A stretch of 64,000 bases of DNA, from the NCBI GenBank assembly GCA_026391555.1, contig JAPLEB010000055.1, positions 6,697 to 70,696 on the forward strand, read 5' to 3'. Origin of the DNA: Bacteroidia bacterium (GTDB lineage Bacteria > Bacteroidota > Bacteroidia > Bacteroidales > VadinHA17). Position 1 is the first letter of the stretch. Each line of letters starts with the position of its first letter. Below, piece by piece: positions 48,113 through 56,639 of the stretch. Position numbers and translations under genes: made by a program. The notes under the pieces are model-generated. The model saw only the letters and a program-made list of their open reading frames with translations, was not told the origin of the DNA and did not search any database.

Positions 48113-48841
48113 ATGGGAATCTTTGGAAAATGGCTTGGTGGAGGCCTTGGCTTTGTAATGGGGGGACCTATTGGAGGACTTCTGGGATTTCTAGTAGGCT
48201 CAATGTTAGATAGTTCAACTGTACAATCTTCGACCTACACTACCGGAACTGTCAGAACAACCCAGGGGGATTTTGGCATGAGCCTGTTGGTTCTTGTTGC
48301 AGCAGTGATGAAGGCTGATGGGAAGGTTGTAAAATCGGAACTTGATTACGTTAAACAGTTCTTCGTCAGACAATTTGGTCAGGAATCTGCAAAACAGGCT
48401 CTGATGATGCTTAAAGACATAATCAGGCAGGAAATTCCGGTCAGGGATGTTTGTTTGCAGATAGGCAGAAACATGGACTACTCCTCGCGACTGCAATTAT
48501 TACACCTATTATTTAATGTTTCCCTTGCTGATAGCGTAATATACCCTTCTGAAATTGAGATTATTGAAAGAATTTCAGGTTATCTGGGAGTTGCTTCAAC
48601 CGATTTTCTTTCAATAAAAAATATGTTTATCCCGGAAACAGATTCTTCTTATAAAATTCTCGAAATAGATAAATCTTCTTCAAATGAAGGGGTAAAGAAG
48701 GCATACAGGAGAATGGCCATGAAGTATCATCCTGATAAAGTAAGCCATCTTGGCGACGATTTCAGAAAAACAGCAGATGAAAAGTTTAAGAAGGTTAATG
48801 AAGCCTACGAGAAGATAAAAAAAGAAAGAAAAATGGTCTGA
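48113..48841 (+). CDS. DjlA-like co-chaperone (TerB-like domain + C-terminal J domain)
   Basis: 242 aa. Glycine-rich N-terminal helix and a TerB-like middle region ([18 protein letters not shown]). The C-terminal J domain is [30 protein letters not shown] with the HPD tripeptide. Confidence 0.8.
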   Translation: MGIFGKWLGGGLGFVMGGPIGGLLGFLVGSMLDSSTVQSSTYTTGTVRTTQGDFGMSLLVLVAAVMKADGKVVKSELDYVKQFFVRQFGQESAKQALMMLKDIIRQEIPVRDVCLQIGRNMDYSSRLQLLHLLFNVSLADSVIYPSEIEIIERISGYLGVASTDFLSIKNMFIPETDSSYKILEIDKSSSNEGVKKAYRRMAMKYHPDKVSHLGDDFRKTADEKFKKVNEAYEKIKKERKMV

Positions 48842-48896
48842 ACGAACTAAAAGGGGAAAAATATTAAAAATAAAACAGACTTTTCGATACAAGGAT

Positions 48897-48904
48897 TAAA
48901 TTTG
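48897..48904 (+). promoter_or_regulatory. -7 box candidate upstream of the DUF5606-like gene
   Basis: TAAATTTG lies 19 nt upstream of ATG 48924. Confidence 0.3.
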
Positions 48905-48923
48905 TACACAAAAGAGATAAAAG

Positions 48924-49391
48924 ATGATTTTAAAAGAAATTATGGCAATTTCAGGTGAACCCGGGCTCTTCAAATTTATTGCCCAGGGGAAAAATGCAAT
49001 AATTGTTGAACACCTTGAAACAAAAAAAAGAAGCAGTTCATATAGCTCAGCGAAAGTAAGTTCACTCGAGGATATAGCAATATTTACTGACAAGGAGGAC
49101 TTGCCTCTCGGGAAAGTTTTTGATCTGATTCATGAAAAAGAAAATGGCGGACCGGCAGTTGATTCAAAGGCTGATGTTGACAAACTGAAAAGCTGGTTTG
49201 AAGGGATACTGCCTGAATACTCAAAAGATAAAGTATATACCAGCGATATCAAAAAAGTCGCTCAATGGTATAACATTCTTCATAAACTGAACCTCCTCGT
49301 TAAAGAAGAACCTGAAGCCACCACCGAGACAAAAACTGCTCCGGTTGCGGAAAAGAAAAAGCGGAAAGCAAAACCTGAACCAAAGGCATAA
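48924..49391 (+). CDS. Conserved hypothetical protein (possibly DUF5606)
   Basis: 155 aa. ILKEIMAISGEPGLFKFIAQGKNAIIVEHLETKKR...SLEDIAIFT, with a lysine-rich tail. The family name is from memory only. Confidence 0.6.
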   Translation: MILKEIMAISGEPGLFKFIAQGKNAIIVEHLETKKRSSSYSSAKVSSLEDIAIFTDKEDLPLGKVFDLIHEKENGGPAVDSKADVDKLKSWFEGILPEYSKDKVYTSDIKKVAQWYNILHKLNLLVKEEPEATTETKTAPVAEKKKRKAKPEPKA

Positions 49392-49417
49392 TAATAAAGG
49401 TAAATATTTCAAAAAAC

Positions 49418-50257
49418 ATGAACTTTGGCGGAGATGAGGTGATTTATGATTATTCAGATTCAGGCATAATCATTGTTCCTGTACCATATGATGAAACAAG
49501 CACATGGATGAGAGGAGCCGATAAGGGCCCTGATGCTATTCTCGAAGCCTCCGTCAATCTTGAATTCTATGATGTCGAAACCTCTTCTGAAGCTCATTTG
49601 ACAGGAATTAATACGGTTGAACCCGTTCTTGAGAAAGACACTCCTGAAAAACTTGTTAATGCTGTATATGATAAGACGTTATCGCTCTTATCCGATAAGA
49701 AATTTCCTGTAATTATTGGTGGAAATCATACGGTAACCATAGGGGCCATAAAAGCTTTTTCAGAATATTTTGATGACCTCTCCGTCCTTCAACTTGACGC
49801 ACATGCAGATCTCCGACAAGAATATGAAGGTTCGGAATTTAATCATGCCTGTGCCATGTCGAGGGCACGTGAATTTGCTCCCATTGTTCAGGTTGGTATC
49901 AGAAGCATGTCAGCAGGTGAACTGCCCTTTGCAGAATGGGACAGAATCTTTTATTCACATGAACTGTACTACGATAAGAATTTATATAGAAAAGCAATAG
50001 ATAAGCTGACGGAGAATGTCTATATCACCATCGACCTTGATGTTTTTGATCCGTCAATTATGCCATCAACTGGAACTCCCGAACCGGGGGGACCTGAGTA
50101 TCTTGAACTGCTCCATTTTCTGCGGGATGTAATAAGGAATAAGAATGTTGTAGGTTTTGATGTTGTTGAATTATGCCCGTCACCAACAAATAAAACGCCG
50201 GATTTCATTGCAGCAAAAATTATCTATCAACTGTTGTCATACAGGTTTGCCATGTAG
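49418..50257 (+). CDS. speB: Agmatinase (arginase/ureohydrolase family)
   Basis: 279 aa. GGNHTVT, LQLDAHADL, ITIDLDVFDPS, and TPEPGG manganese-ligand blocks. Confidence 0.85.
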   Translation: MNFGGDEVIYDYSDSGIIIVPVPYDETSTWMRGADKGPDAILEASVNLEFYDVETSSEAHLTGINTVEPVLEKDTPEKLVNAVYDKTLSLLSDKKFPVIIGGNHTVTIGAIKAFSEYFDDLSVLQLDAHADLRQEYEGSEFNHACAMSRAREFAPIVQVGIRSMSAGELPFAEWDRIFYSHELYYDKNLYRKAIDKLTENVYITIDLDVFDPSIMPSTGTPEPGGPEYLELLHFLRDVIRNKNVVGFDVVELCPSPTNKTPDFIAAKIIYQLLSYRFAM

Positions 50258-50285
50258 GGACCGGTCGCGACCTGTCCCTACATGG
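50250..50285. terminator. GC-rich 36-nt near-perfect palindrome between convergent speB and mazG (probable bidirectional terminator)
   Basis: CCATGTAGGGAC-C-GGTCGCGACC-T-GTCCCTACATGG. 12-bp outer stem, one C/T mismatch, and an inner self-complementary GGTCG/CGACC. Includes the speB stop codon TAG. Confidence 0.55.
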
Positions 50286-50294
50286 CACATCCCC

Positions 50295-51077
50295 CTAATC
50301 TTCTTTCTTTGCCTCTTCCCAAATAACATTCATCTCATCGAGACTCATATCGTGAAGAGAAACACCTTTTGTAAGTGTCTCTTTTTCAAGATAATTAAAC
50401 CGTTTAATAAACTTCCTGTTGGTTTTTTCAAGGGCTGCTTCCGGATCAATTCCATACAAACGCGAAGCATTAATAATTGAGAACAGGACATCCCCAAGTT
50501 CCGATTCAATAGCTTCGGCATTCCGGTTTTTTATCTCTTCTTTCAGTTCTGTGATCTCCTCAAGCACTTTATTCCAGATTTGCTCACGTTTCTCCCAGTC
50601 AAATCCGACACCCCTCACCTTTTCCTGTATCCGGTTAGCTTTCACTATTGCAGGTAATGAAGATGGAACACCAGAGAGTACAGGTTTATAACCATTATTC
50701 TCCTTTATCTTGAGTTGTTCCCAGTTTTCCTCAACCTGCGATGCTCCTGTAACCTTAACATCCCCAAACACATGAGGATGTCTGTAGGTGAGTTTGGTGT
50801 TGATACCATCCAGAACATCAGCCATTGTGAAAGCTCCTTTTTCAGAACCGATCTTTGCATAAAATACTATATGAAGCATGAGATCGCCCAACTCATTTTT
50901 TATTCCTTCATCACTTCCGGAGAAAATAGCATCAGCTAATTCATAGGTCTCCTCTATTGTTAACTTCCGCAGGCTTTCGTTAGTTTGTTTCATATCCCAT
51001 GGGCACTTTACCCTGAGTTCATCTATTATATTAAGAAGTCTGTTAAACTCTTCGAGACTTTTGTTTTTATCATTCAT
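50295..51077 (-). CDS. mazG: Nucleoside triphosphate pyrophosphohydrolase MazG
   Basis: 260 aa. Tandem MazG domains: CPWDMKQT...EETYELADAI...ELGDLMLHIVF, and a second EELGDVLFSII. Confidence 0.9.
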   Translation of the reverse strand: MNDKNKSLEEFNRLLNIIDELRVKCPWDMKQTNESLRKLTIEETYELADAIFSGSDEGIKNELGDLMLHIVFYAKIGSEKGAFTMADVLDGINTKLTYRHPHVFGDVKVTGASQVEENWEQLKIKENNGYKPVLSGVPSSLPAIVKANRIQEKVRGVGFDWEKREQIWNKVLEEITELKEEIKNRNAEAIESELGDVLFSIINASRLYGIDPEAALEKTNRKFIKRFNYLEKETLTKGVSLHDMSLDEMNVIWEEAKKED

Positions 51078-51089
51078 TAGTAACTGATT

Positions 51090-51884
51090 TTAAAACAAGC
51101 GGTTAGGGGATGCAGCTTTAGTTGCAAGATCGATGCGAACAACAGAACCGACTGAAAGACTTAGTAATTCAGACACATCAGCTCCATTGATAGAAATTTC
51201 TAGCAGGTCAAACTGGTTAAATCTTGCAAGCATCTCACCAATAGGGACATCACTGTACTTCTGGGAAATCTGGTCGGTATAATTTTTATTGCTTTGAATA
51301 AGTATCCTGTAATCTTTATTCTCAAACACCCTGTAAAACACCTCCCTTGTAATATTCGAAATGGCGTTTCCGTAAGAGTCAATAAAAATTATACTACCAA
51401 TTATTACATCTTTATCGATTGTTGCCCTCAGAGGGATTCTTTCGCTAATGGTTTTTACAGATGTTCCAAGATCTGACAGGTTTTTCCCCGATAAAATATC
51501 TGAGGCAGCTTTTGCAAAAATTTCAAGTTCATCGGAAATTCCCTGATGATCTAATTTTACAATTTCGTCAGGTTCGGAATTAAGAATGAGGTTAAAAATT
51601 CCATTATCAGTTCCAATGAAAAAATGATCTTTTGCCTTTACAATCAGATGATCCTGGTTCTCATGTGCTTCGGAATGTACACATATTATATGAACTGAAC
51701 CTTTCGGGTAATTATTATAAGTATTTCTTATTATGAAGGATGCATGGGAGATATTAAAAGCAGGAATCCTGCCGGCATTATCAATAATGATTGCTCCTGG
51801 ACACATGCTGCTGAGCTTTCCTTTAATGATTCCGTTATAGACATCATCGGACTTCCATTCTGTTGTTAATGTAATTACCGGCAT
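51090..51884 (-). CDS. SAM hydrolase/SAM-dependent halogenase family protein (DUF62, SAM hydroxide adenosyltransferase-like)
   Basis: 264 aa. ITLTTEWKSDDVYNGIIKG, HIICVHSE, IGTDNGIF, IFIDSYGNAISNI. Order and spacing resemble the DUF62 family. Confidence 0.75.
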   Translation of the reverse strand: MPVITLTTEWKSDDVYNGIIKGKLSSMCPGAIIIDNAGRIPAFNISHASFIIRNTYNNYPKGSVHIICVHSEAHENQDHLIVKAKDHFFIGTDNGIFNLILNSEPDEIVKLDHQGISDELEIFAKAASDILSGKNLSDLGTSVKTISERIPLRATIDKDVIIGSIIFIDSYGNAISNITREVFYRVFENKDYRILIQSNKNYTDQISQKYSDVPIGEMLARFNQFDLLEISINGADVSELLSLSVGSVVRIDLATKAASPNRLF

Positions 51885-52031
51885 ATAAAAAAACTTATAA
51901 CAAAGATAATCTTCTAAGGAAAAAATAACCTTACTTTGTACTGTTCGTTAAATTTTTTTATAAACTATTTACCCTGTTTCCGGATATTATTGGAAGAAAA
52001 CAGGCCAGATCGTTAATTTTTGTGAGGTTTA

Positions 52032-52145
52032 ATGACAGAGAACGGGGAATTTGAACAGGTTATCGTTTTTGGCACCAACGGAAAGCCGGTAAGAGCCCGT
52101 ACTGTCAACCGGTTGCATCTGATTAATGATTATAAAACTCTGTAA
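52032..52145 (+). CDS. Candidate small ORF (37 aa) immediately upstream of purC
   Basis: My own translation: [37 protein letters not shown]. The stop TAA (52143-52145) lies 4 nt before the purC ATG (52150). The segment is visibly less AT-rich than the flanking spacer. No homologue recognised. Confidence 0.3.
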   Translation: MTENGEFEQVIVFGTNGKPVRARTVNRLHLINDYKTL

Positions 52146-52149
52146 GCTT

Positions 52150-53100
52150 ATGGTCAAGACAATTTTAAGTTCAAATTACAATTTCCCGGGACAGAAAAGT
52201 ATTTATAAAGGGAAGGTAAGAGATGTATATAATATTAACGACAAGTATCTTCTGATGATCGTTTCAGACAGGATCTCAGCCTTTGATGTTGTCCTTCCAA
52301 AAGGGATACCCTATAAAGGACAGGTACTTAATCAGATAGCAGCAAAATTCCTTGATGCAACAAGTGATATTGTATCAAACTGGAAAATCGCCACACCAGA
52401 CCCTAATGTTACTTTTGGCCATCAATGTGAATCGTATCCCGTCGAAATGATTGTAAGGGCGTATCTTACCGGTAGTTCGTGGCGAACCTATAAAGCAGGA
52501 GCAAGAGATATCTGCGGGGTTAAATTACCTGATGGGATGAAAGAGCATCAAAGTTTTGCGAAGCCCATAATTACTCCGACAACCAAAGCTGAACAAGGGA
52601 AACATGATGAAGATATCTCGCGTTCTGAAATAATCAGCCGCGGACTTATTTCCGAAAAAGAGTATACTCTTATCGAAAAATATACAATGGAGGTTTTCCT
52701 GAGAGGCTCTGAAATAGCTGCGGAACATGGCCTGATTCTTGTTGATACCAAATATGAATTTGGTAAAAAAGACGGGAAAATTTACCTGATTGATGAGATT
52801 AATACTCCTGATTCTTCTCGCTATTTTTATGCAGATGAGTATCAGGATCGGTTCGACAAGGGGCTTCCACAGAAGCAGTTGTCAAAAGAGTTCGTCAGGG
52901 AATGGCTCATGGCCAACGGGTTCCATGGCCAGGAGGGACAGAAGATCCCGGAAATGACCAATGCCTTTGTTAATGAAGTATCTGACAGATATATAGAACT
53001 TTATGAAAAAATATCAGGTGAAAAGTTCATCAAAGCAGATATTACAAATGTTCCTGAAAGGATTGAAAAAAACTGTAGGTCATTTCTTAAATCATTGTAA
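52150..53100 (+). CDS. purC: Phosphoribosylaminoimidazole-succinocarboxamide synthase (SAICAR synthetase)
   Basis: [57 protein letters not shown] and [11 protein letters not shown]. Start moved to ATG 52150 (MVKTILSS...). Confidence 0.95.
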   Translation: MVKTILSSNYNFPGQKSIYKGKVRDVYNINDKYLLMIVSDRISAFDVVLPKGIPYKGQVLNQIAAKFLDATSDIVSNWKIATPDPNVTFGHQCESYPVEMIVRAYLTGSSWRTYKAGARDICGVKLPDGMKEHQSFAKPIITPTTKAEQGKHDEDISRSEIISRGLISEKEYTLIEKYTMEVFLRGSEIAAEHGLILVDTKYEFGKKDGKIYLIDEINTPDSSRYFYADEYQDRFDKGLPQKQLSKEFVREWLMANGFHGQEGQKIPEMTNAFVNEVSDRYIELYEKISGEKFIKADITNVPERIEKNCRSFLKSL

Positions 53101-53129
53101 ACGAGGAGGCGACTTACAAAGAAATAATA

Positions 53130-55091
53130 ATGAAAATCATAAGTTGGGTAAAGGCACTGACGGTAGTAATAATCCTATTAATATTTAGTAGTACTGTTTA
53201 TTCACAGGTTATTGTAGAAAGATCAAAAGACAAAGTAATTATTTCCGGTATTCCATATTATGTACACTTGGTTAAAAAGGGAGAAACCGCTTATTCAATT
53301 TCCCGGGCTTACGGCATCCCGGTTGAAGAATTAGCAAAAGAGAATCCTCCTGCAGTTTATGGTGTCAATGAGGGGCAGGCACTCAGAATACCTATTAAAT
53401 CGGTTATCGAAGCAGTACCTTCAGAACCTTTAGCTGTTACGAAGCAGCGTGATGAAAACAAATTCATCTATCATAATCTGAAGCCGGGAGAAACAGTATA
53501 CTTCCTTTCAAAATCTTATGGTGTCTCTGAAAACGAGATAATTCTGAGTAACCCTGGAATTGATATTAATAAATTGTCTGTTGGTTCTGAAGTAGCTGTT
53601 CCGCGCAGGGAGTTCATGAGCAGCAGACAGAAATTTGACGACCAGGAGAAAAAATACATTTATCATAAAGTACTAAAAGGTGAATCCCTCTCTTCAATTT
53701 CCGAAAAATATGGACTTACTATAAGGGAATTAAGAAAGGAAAACAGGGATTTAAGGTTTCCCCAGGTTGACGATTTTGTAAGGATTCCTGAAACTAAAAC
53801 ATCAGATAATCAGAAGATTGAGCCGGTCAAGGCCGATTCGGTTATAACCATTGTTGAAGAACCTGTGATTACAATGGAAAGACAGGTCGGTTATACACAG
53901 GTAAAGGACATCAGAGGATCATTGGATGTTGCTGTTCTGCTTCCATTCTATCTTAAGGAAAACGCTGAACGGACTGAAATTGATTCATCCAAATCAATAA
54001 ATGGCAAGAAAATTTATAAAGAAATTACAAGGCCTGAAGAATGGATCTATCCACGCAGCCTGGATTTTGTTGAGATGTATGAGGGAATATTACTTGCCGC
54101 AGACACACTGCGCTCCTTAGGATTGGATATCAATCTTTATCCATACGATATTAAAAGCGATACTATTGAAATTACGAAACTTATTATGTCGGGGAAATTG
54201 GCAGGAATGGATCTTATTATCGGGCCTGTTTATTCAAATAATCTTACCCCGGTTGCTGCTTATGCCAGGGACCTGGGTATACCCGTCGTATCGCCGGTTC
54301 CCCTTATAAATAATTCTGCTCTGGTAAACAACCCGAATCTCTTTATGGCCAGTTCTTCACTCGAAATTGCCCAGAAAACACTTGCAAAAAAAATAAGTGA
54401 GTACCACGATCATAATTTTGTATTTATTCATTCCGATACTTTAGGGATTGATGAGGATGTGAAAAGGTTTAAAAATCTGATCTTTACAGAGTTGAGTTAT
54501 AAGCTGCCATATGAGGAGATTAAGTTTAAAGAATTTATCTTCTATAGCAGGTCCATGTTTGACAATGACTCTATTAACAGGCTGAGTCATGCACTTTCAG
54601 AACAATCTAAAAATATTGTTATTATTGCTTCTGAAGAGGCCCCTGTAATAAGCGAGACAATTATGGATGTCCACGGTCTTTCGAAGAAATTCGACATAAA
54701 AGTATTCGGGTATCCTGCCATGAGAGATATTGATAATCTTGACCCTAAATACTTCTTCGATCTGGATATCATGGTCTATTCTCCTTACTGGATTGATTAT
54801 ACTAAGAATGATGTTAAACAATTTTATTCAGATTTCAGGCAAAAATATCTGACAGAACCTTCTGAGAAGAGTTATGCCTGGCAGGGATACGATATTTCCT
54901 ATTATTTTTTAAGCGGAATAGCTATGCATGGAAAGGATTTTATTGCACATCCGGAGATTCATTATCCTGACCTTTTACAGACTGAGTATTACTTTATGCG
55001 AAAAGAGGCTGGTAATGGATTTGAAAACCAGAAACTTTTTCTTATCAGATATACAAAAGATTATGAGGTTAAACTGGTTGAAGAGGATTAA
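53130..55091 (+). CDS. Secreted protein with three LysM domains and a C-terminal type-1 periplasmic-binding-protein-like domain
   Basis: 653 aa with a signal peptide. Three LysM repeats: YYVHLVKKGETAYSISRAYGIPVEEL, FIYHNLKPGETVYFLSKSYGVSENEI, and YIYHKVLKGESLSSISEKYGLTIREL. These are followed by a PBP-like alpha/beta region. Confidence 0.8.
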   Translation: MKIISWVKALTVVIILLIFSSTVYSQVIVERSKDKVIISGIPYYVHLVKKGETAYSISRAYGIPVEELAKENPPAVYGVNEGQALRIPIKSVIEAVPSEPLAVTKQRDENKFIYHNLKPGETVYFLSKSYGVSENEIILSNPGIDINKLSVGSEVAVPRREFMSSRQKFDDQEKKYIYHKVLKGESLSSISEKYGLTIRELRKENRDLRFPQVDDFVRIPETKTSDNQKIEPVKADSVITIVEEPVITMERQVGYTQVKDIRGSLDVAVLLPFYLKENAERTEIDSSKSINGKKIYKEITRPEEWIYPRSLDFVEMYEGILLAADTLRSLGLDINLYPYDIKSDTIEITKLIMSGKLAGMDLIIGPVYSNNLTPVAAYARDLGIPVVSPVPLINNSALVNNPNLFMASSSLEIAQKTLAKKISEYHDHNFVFIHSDTLGIDEDVKRFKNLIFTELSYKLPYEEIKFKEFIFYSRSMFDNDSINRLSHALSEQSKNIVIIASEEAPVISETIMDVHGLSKKFDIKVFGYPAMRDIDNLDPKYFFDLDIMVYSPYWIDYTKNDVKQFYSDFRQKYLTEPSEKSYAWQGYDISYYFLSGIAMHGKDFIAHPEIHYPDLLQTEYYFMRKEAGNGFENQKLFLIRYTKDYEVKLVEED

Positions 55092-55116
55092 CTTTTTAAA
55101 CAAAAGTGAACTTATA

Positions 55117-55124
55117 TAGTTTTG
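55117..55124 (+). promoter_or_regulatory. -7 box candidate upstream of the ECF sigma gene
   Basis: TAGTTTTG lies 85 nt upstream of ATG 55210. The -33 position reads TTTA rather than TTTG. Confidence 0.25.
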
Positions 55125-55209
55125 CCCGGATTGACGGGATAACTTTTATGTTAAAATAAATTAACAATCGGGAATATTAGCTTATTATTAATTGTCTATA
55201 CCTTGTAGT

Positions 55210-55770
55210 ATGATCAAAGAATCGTACAATGTAACCGAAGAAAACGAACTGGTAAAGGCATCTCTGGATGGCGATAATAAAGCATTTGGAGAAATAATAA
55301 CGCGTTACCGGAAGATGGTTGCACGTACGGTTAGAGGTATGCTTGGTGATTCTGTTTTTGCAGAAGACATTGGACAGGAGGTGTTTATTAAACTTTATTA
55401 TTCGTTATCAGAGTTCAGAGGAGAAGCAAAGCTGTCAACTTATATTCAAAAAATTGCAGTTAATCTGACACTGAATGAGATAAAAAGAAGGAAGCGGTTT
55501 TTTTCAATGTTTTCGCAAAAAGGAAATAACGAAATGCACGAATTTGAAGTTGCTGATCATGATACTGAAGAAAGAAATGAGGCATCGGAAATAGTTAATA
55601 AAGCATTAACGGCAATGGATCCTAAGTTTCGCGTAATAGTGACAATGAGAATGCTGCAGGGCTATTCCACCAAAGAAACAGCAGAAATACTTGGTCTGCC
55701 TCTTGGAACTGTTCTTTCGAGGTTATCAAGAGCACAGGAACAATTAAGAAATATTTTGGAAAAACTATAA
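55210..55770 (+). CDS. RNA polymerase sigma factor, ECF (sigma-70 group 4) subfamily
   Basis: Region 2 (FGEIITRYRKMVARTV...AEDIGQEVFIKLY) and region 4 HTH (GYSTKETAEILGLPLGTVLSRLSRA). Start moved to ATG 55210. Confidence 0.85.
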   Translation: MIKESYNVTEENELVKASLDGDNKAFGEIITRYRKMVARTVRGMLGDSVFAEDIGQEVFIKLYYSLSEFRGEAKLSTYIQKIAVNLTLNEIKRRKRFFSMFSQKGNNEMHEFEVADHDTEERNEASEIVNKALTAMDPKFRVIVTMRMLQGYSTKETAEILGLPLGTVLSRLSRAQEQLRNILEKL

Positions 55771-55775
55771 ATGCA

Positions 55776-56129
55776 ATGAACCCTTCAGAGATTAAAAAAA
55801 TGTTAATCAGCTCGATGAATGCAGATGCCGATCCCATTGAGGTTTTCAGAAGGTTGAAAGATGAGGGTATCTCATACGATTTTAGCAAAAGTTTTGGTGA
55901 TAAGGTACTCGATAAATTATTTTCAGCTGGATTAACCATAAATAGCGAAATGGAGTTTGTGAAATCTATGAATTTTGCATTCTACCGCATTGCTCTTACG
56001 GGAGCAGCTGCAATTTTAGTTTTGTTAATCTCTATTTTTCTGATGGAAGGCTCTCTTTCATTTAACTCTTTCCTGGGATTGAGCGATAGTTATAACGAAA
56101 GTATTGTTTGTTTGTTAACCGGGAATTAA
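55776..56129 (+). CDS. Small single-pass membrane protein, candidate (non-canonical) anti-sigma factor
   Basis: 117 aa. One TM helix (ALTGAAAILVLLISIFLM). Starts 5 nt after the sigma gene. No HxxxCxxC zinc anti-sigma motif. Assignment is by position only. Confidence 0.4.
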   Translation: MNPSEIKKMLISSMNADADPIEVFRRLKDEGISYDFSKSFGDKVLDKLFSAGLTINSEMEFVKSMNFAFYRIALTGAAAILVLLISIFLMEGSLSFNSFLGLSDSYNESIVCLLTGN

Positions 56130-56135
56130 AATAAT

Positions 56136-56639
56136 ATGAAAGCAAAACCAATAATAGTTGTCGTTGTAACTCTGATTATAGGATTCGTGCTGGGGGTGCT
56201 CACTTCAGCACAGATAAGAATTCATAAGCTTAAACCGGTTAAAATCTTTTTTTCCGAGGAGAAATTCAGAGAAGGATTTTACCGCACAATACAACCCGAT
56301 GAACAACAAAAGGCAAAAATTGATCTGGTACTTGATAAATATGCCAAAATTAATAGTGAACTGCAAAGCAATTTTCGTAAGGAGGTTGATGTCAAGATGA
56401 ATGATTTCAGGAAAGAACTTGATTCGAACCTGACAAAAGAACAGGTGGCACGGTTGAAGGAGATGGATGATAGTCGACAGGACATGATAAGACAAAGCAG
56501 GAGAAACCATGAAAGTGATTCTTCAAAATCCAGGGATATTAGCAGTAGACATAATATGGAAGGAAGACCCTCTTCAGATGGCCCGACACACCGTCCGCTT
56601 CCGGAACACGATATAACCCGGTTACCCGATAATAAATAA
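56136..56639 (+). CDS. Membrane-anchored helical protein with LTxxQ-like motif (Spy/CpxP-like periplasmic stress protein candidate)
   Basis: 167 aa. N-terminal TM helix, helical region containing LTKEQVARLKEM, and a polar low-complexity tail. Third gene of the ECF sigma unit. Confidence 0.45.
   Translation: MKAKPIIVVVVTLIIGFVLGVLTSAQIRIHKLKPVKIFFSEEKFREGFYRTIQPDEQQKAKIDLVLDKYAKINSELQSNFRKEVDVKMNDFRKELDSNLTKEQVARLKEMDDSRQDMIRQSRRNHESDSSKSRDISSRHNMEGRPSSDGPTHRPLPEHDITRLPDNK

Noticed and set aside
51885-52149. Looked for ZTP (pfl), purine or PRPP riboswitch cores upstream of purC.
   Set aside because: I could not find the conserved cores: the CCGCCUGGGC-type pseudoknot element of ZTP, or the UAUAAUCGCGUGGAUAUGG-type junction of the purine class. 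The region is reported instead as a leader with a small ORF. A covariance-model scan is still needed.
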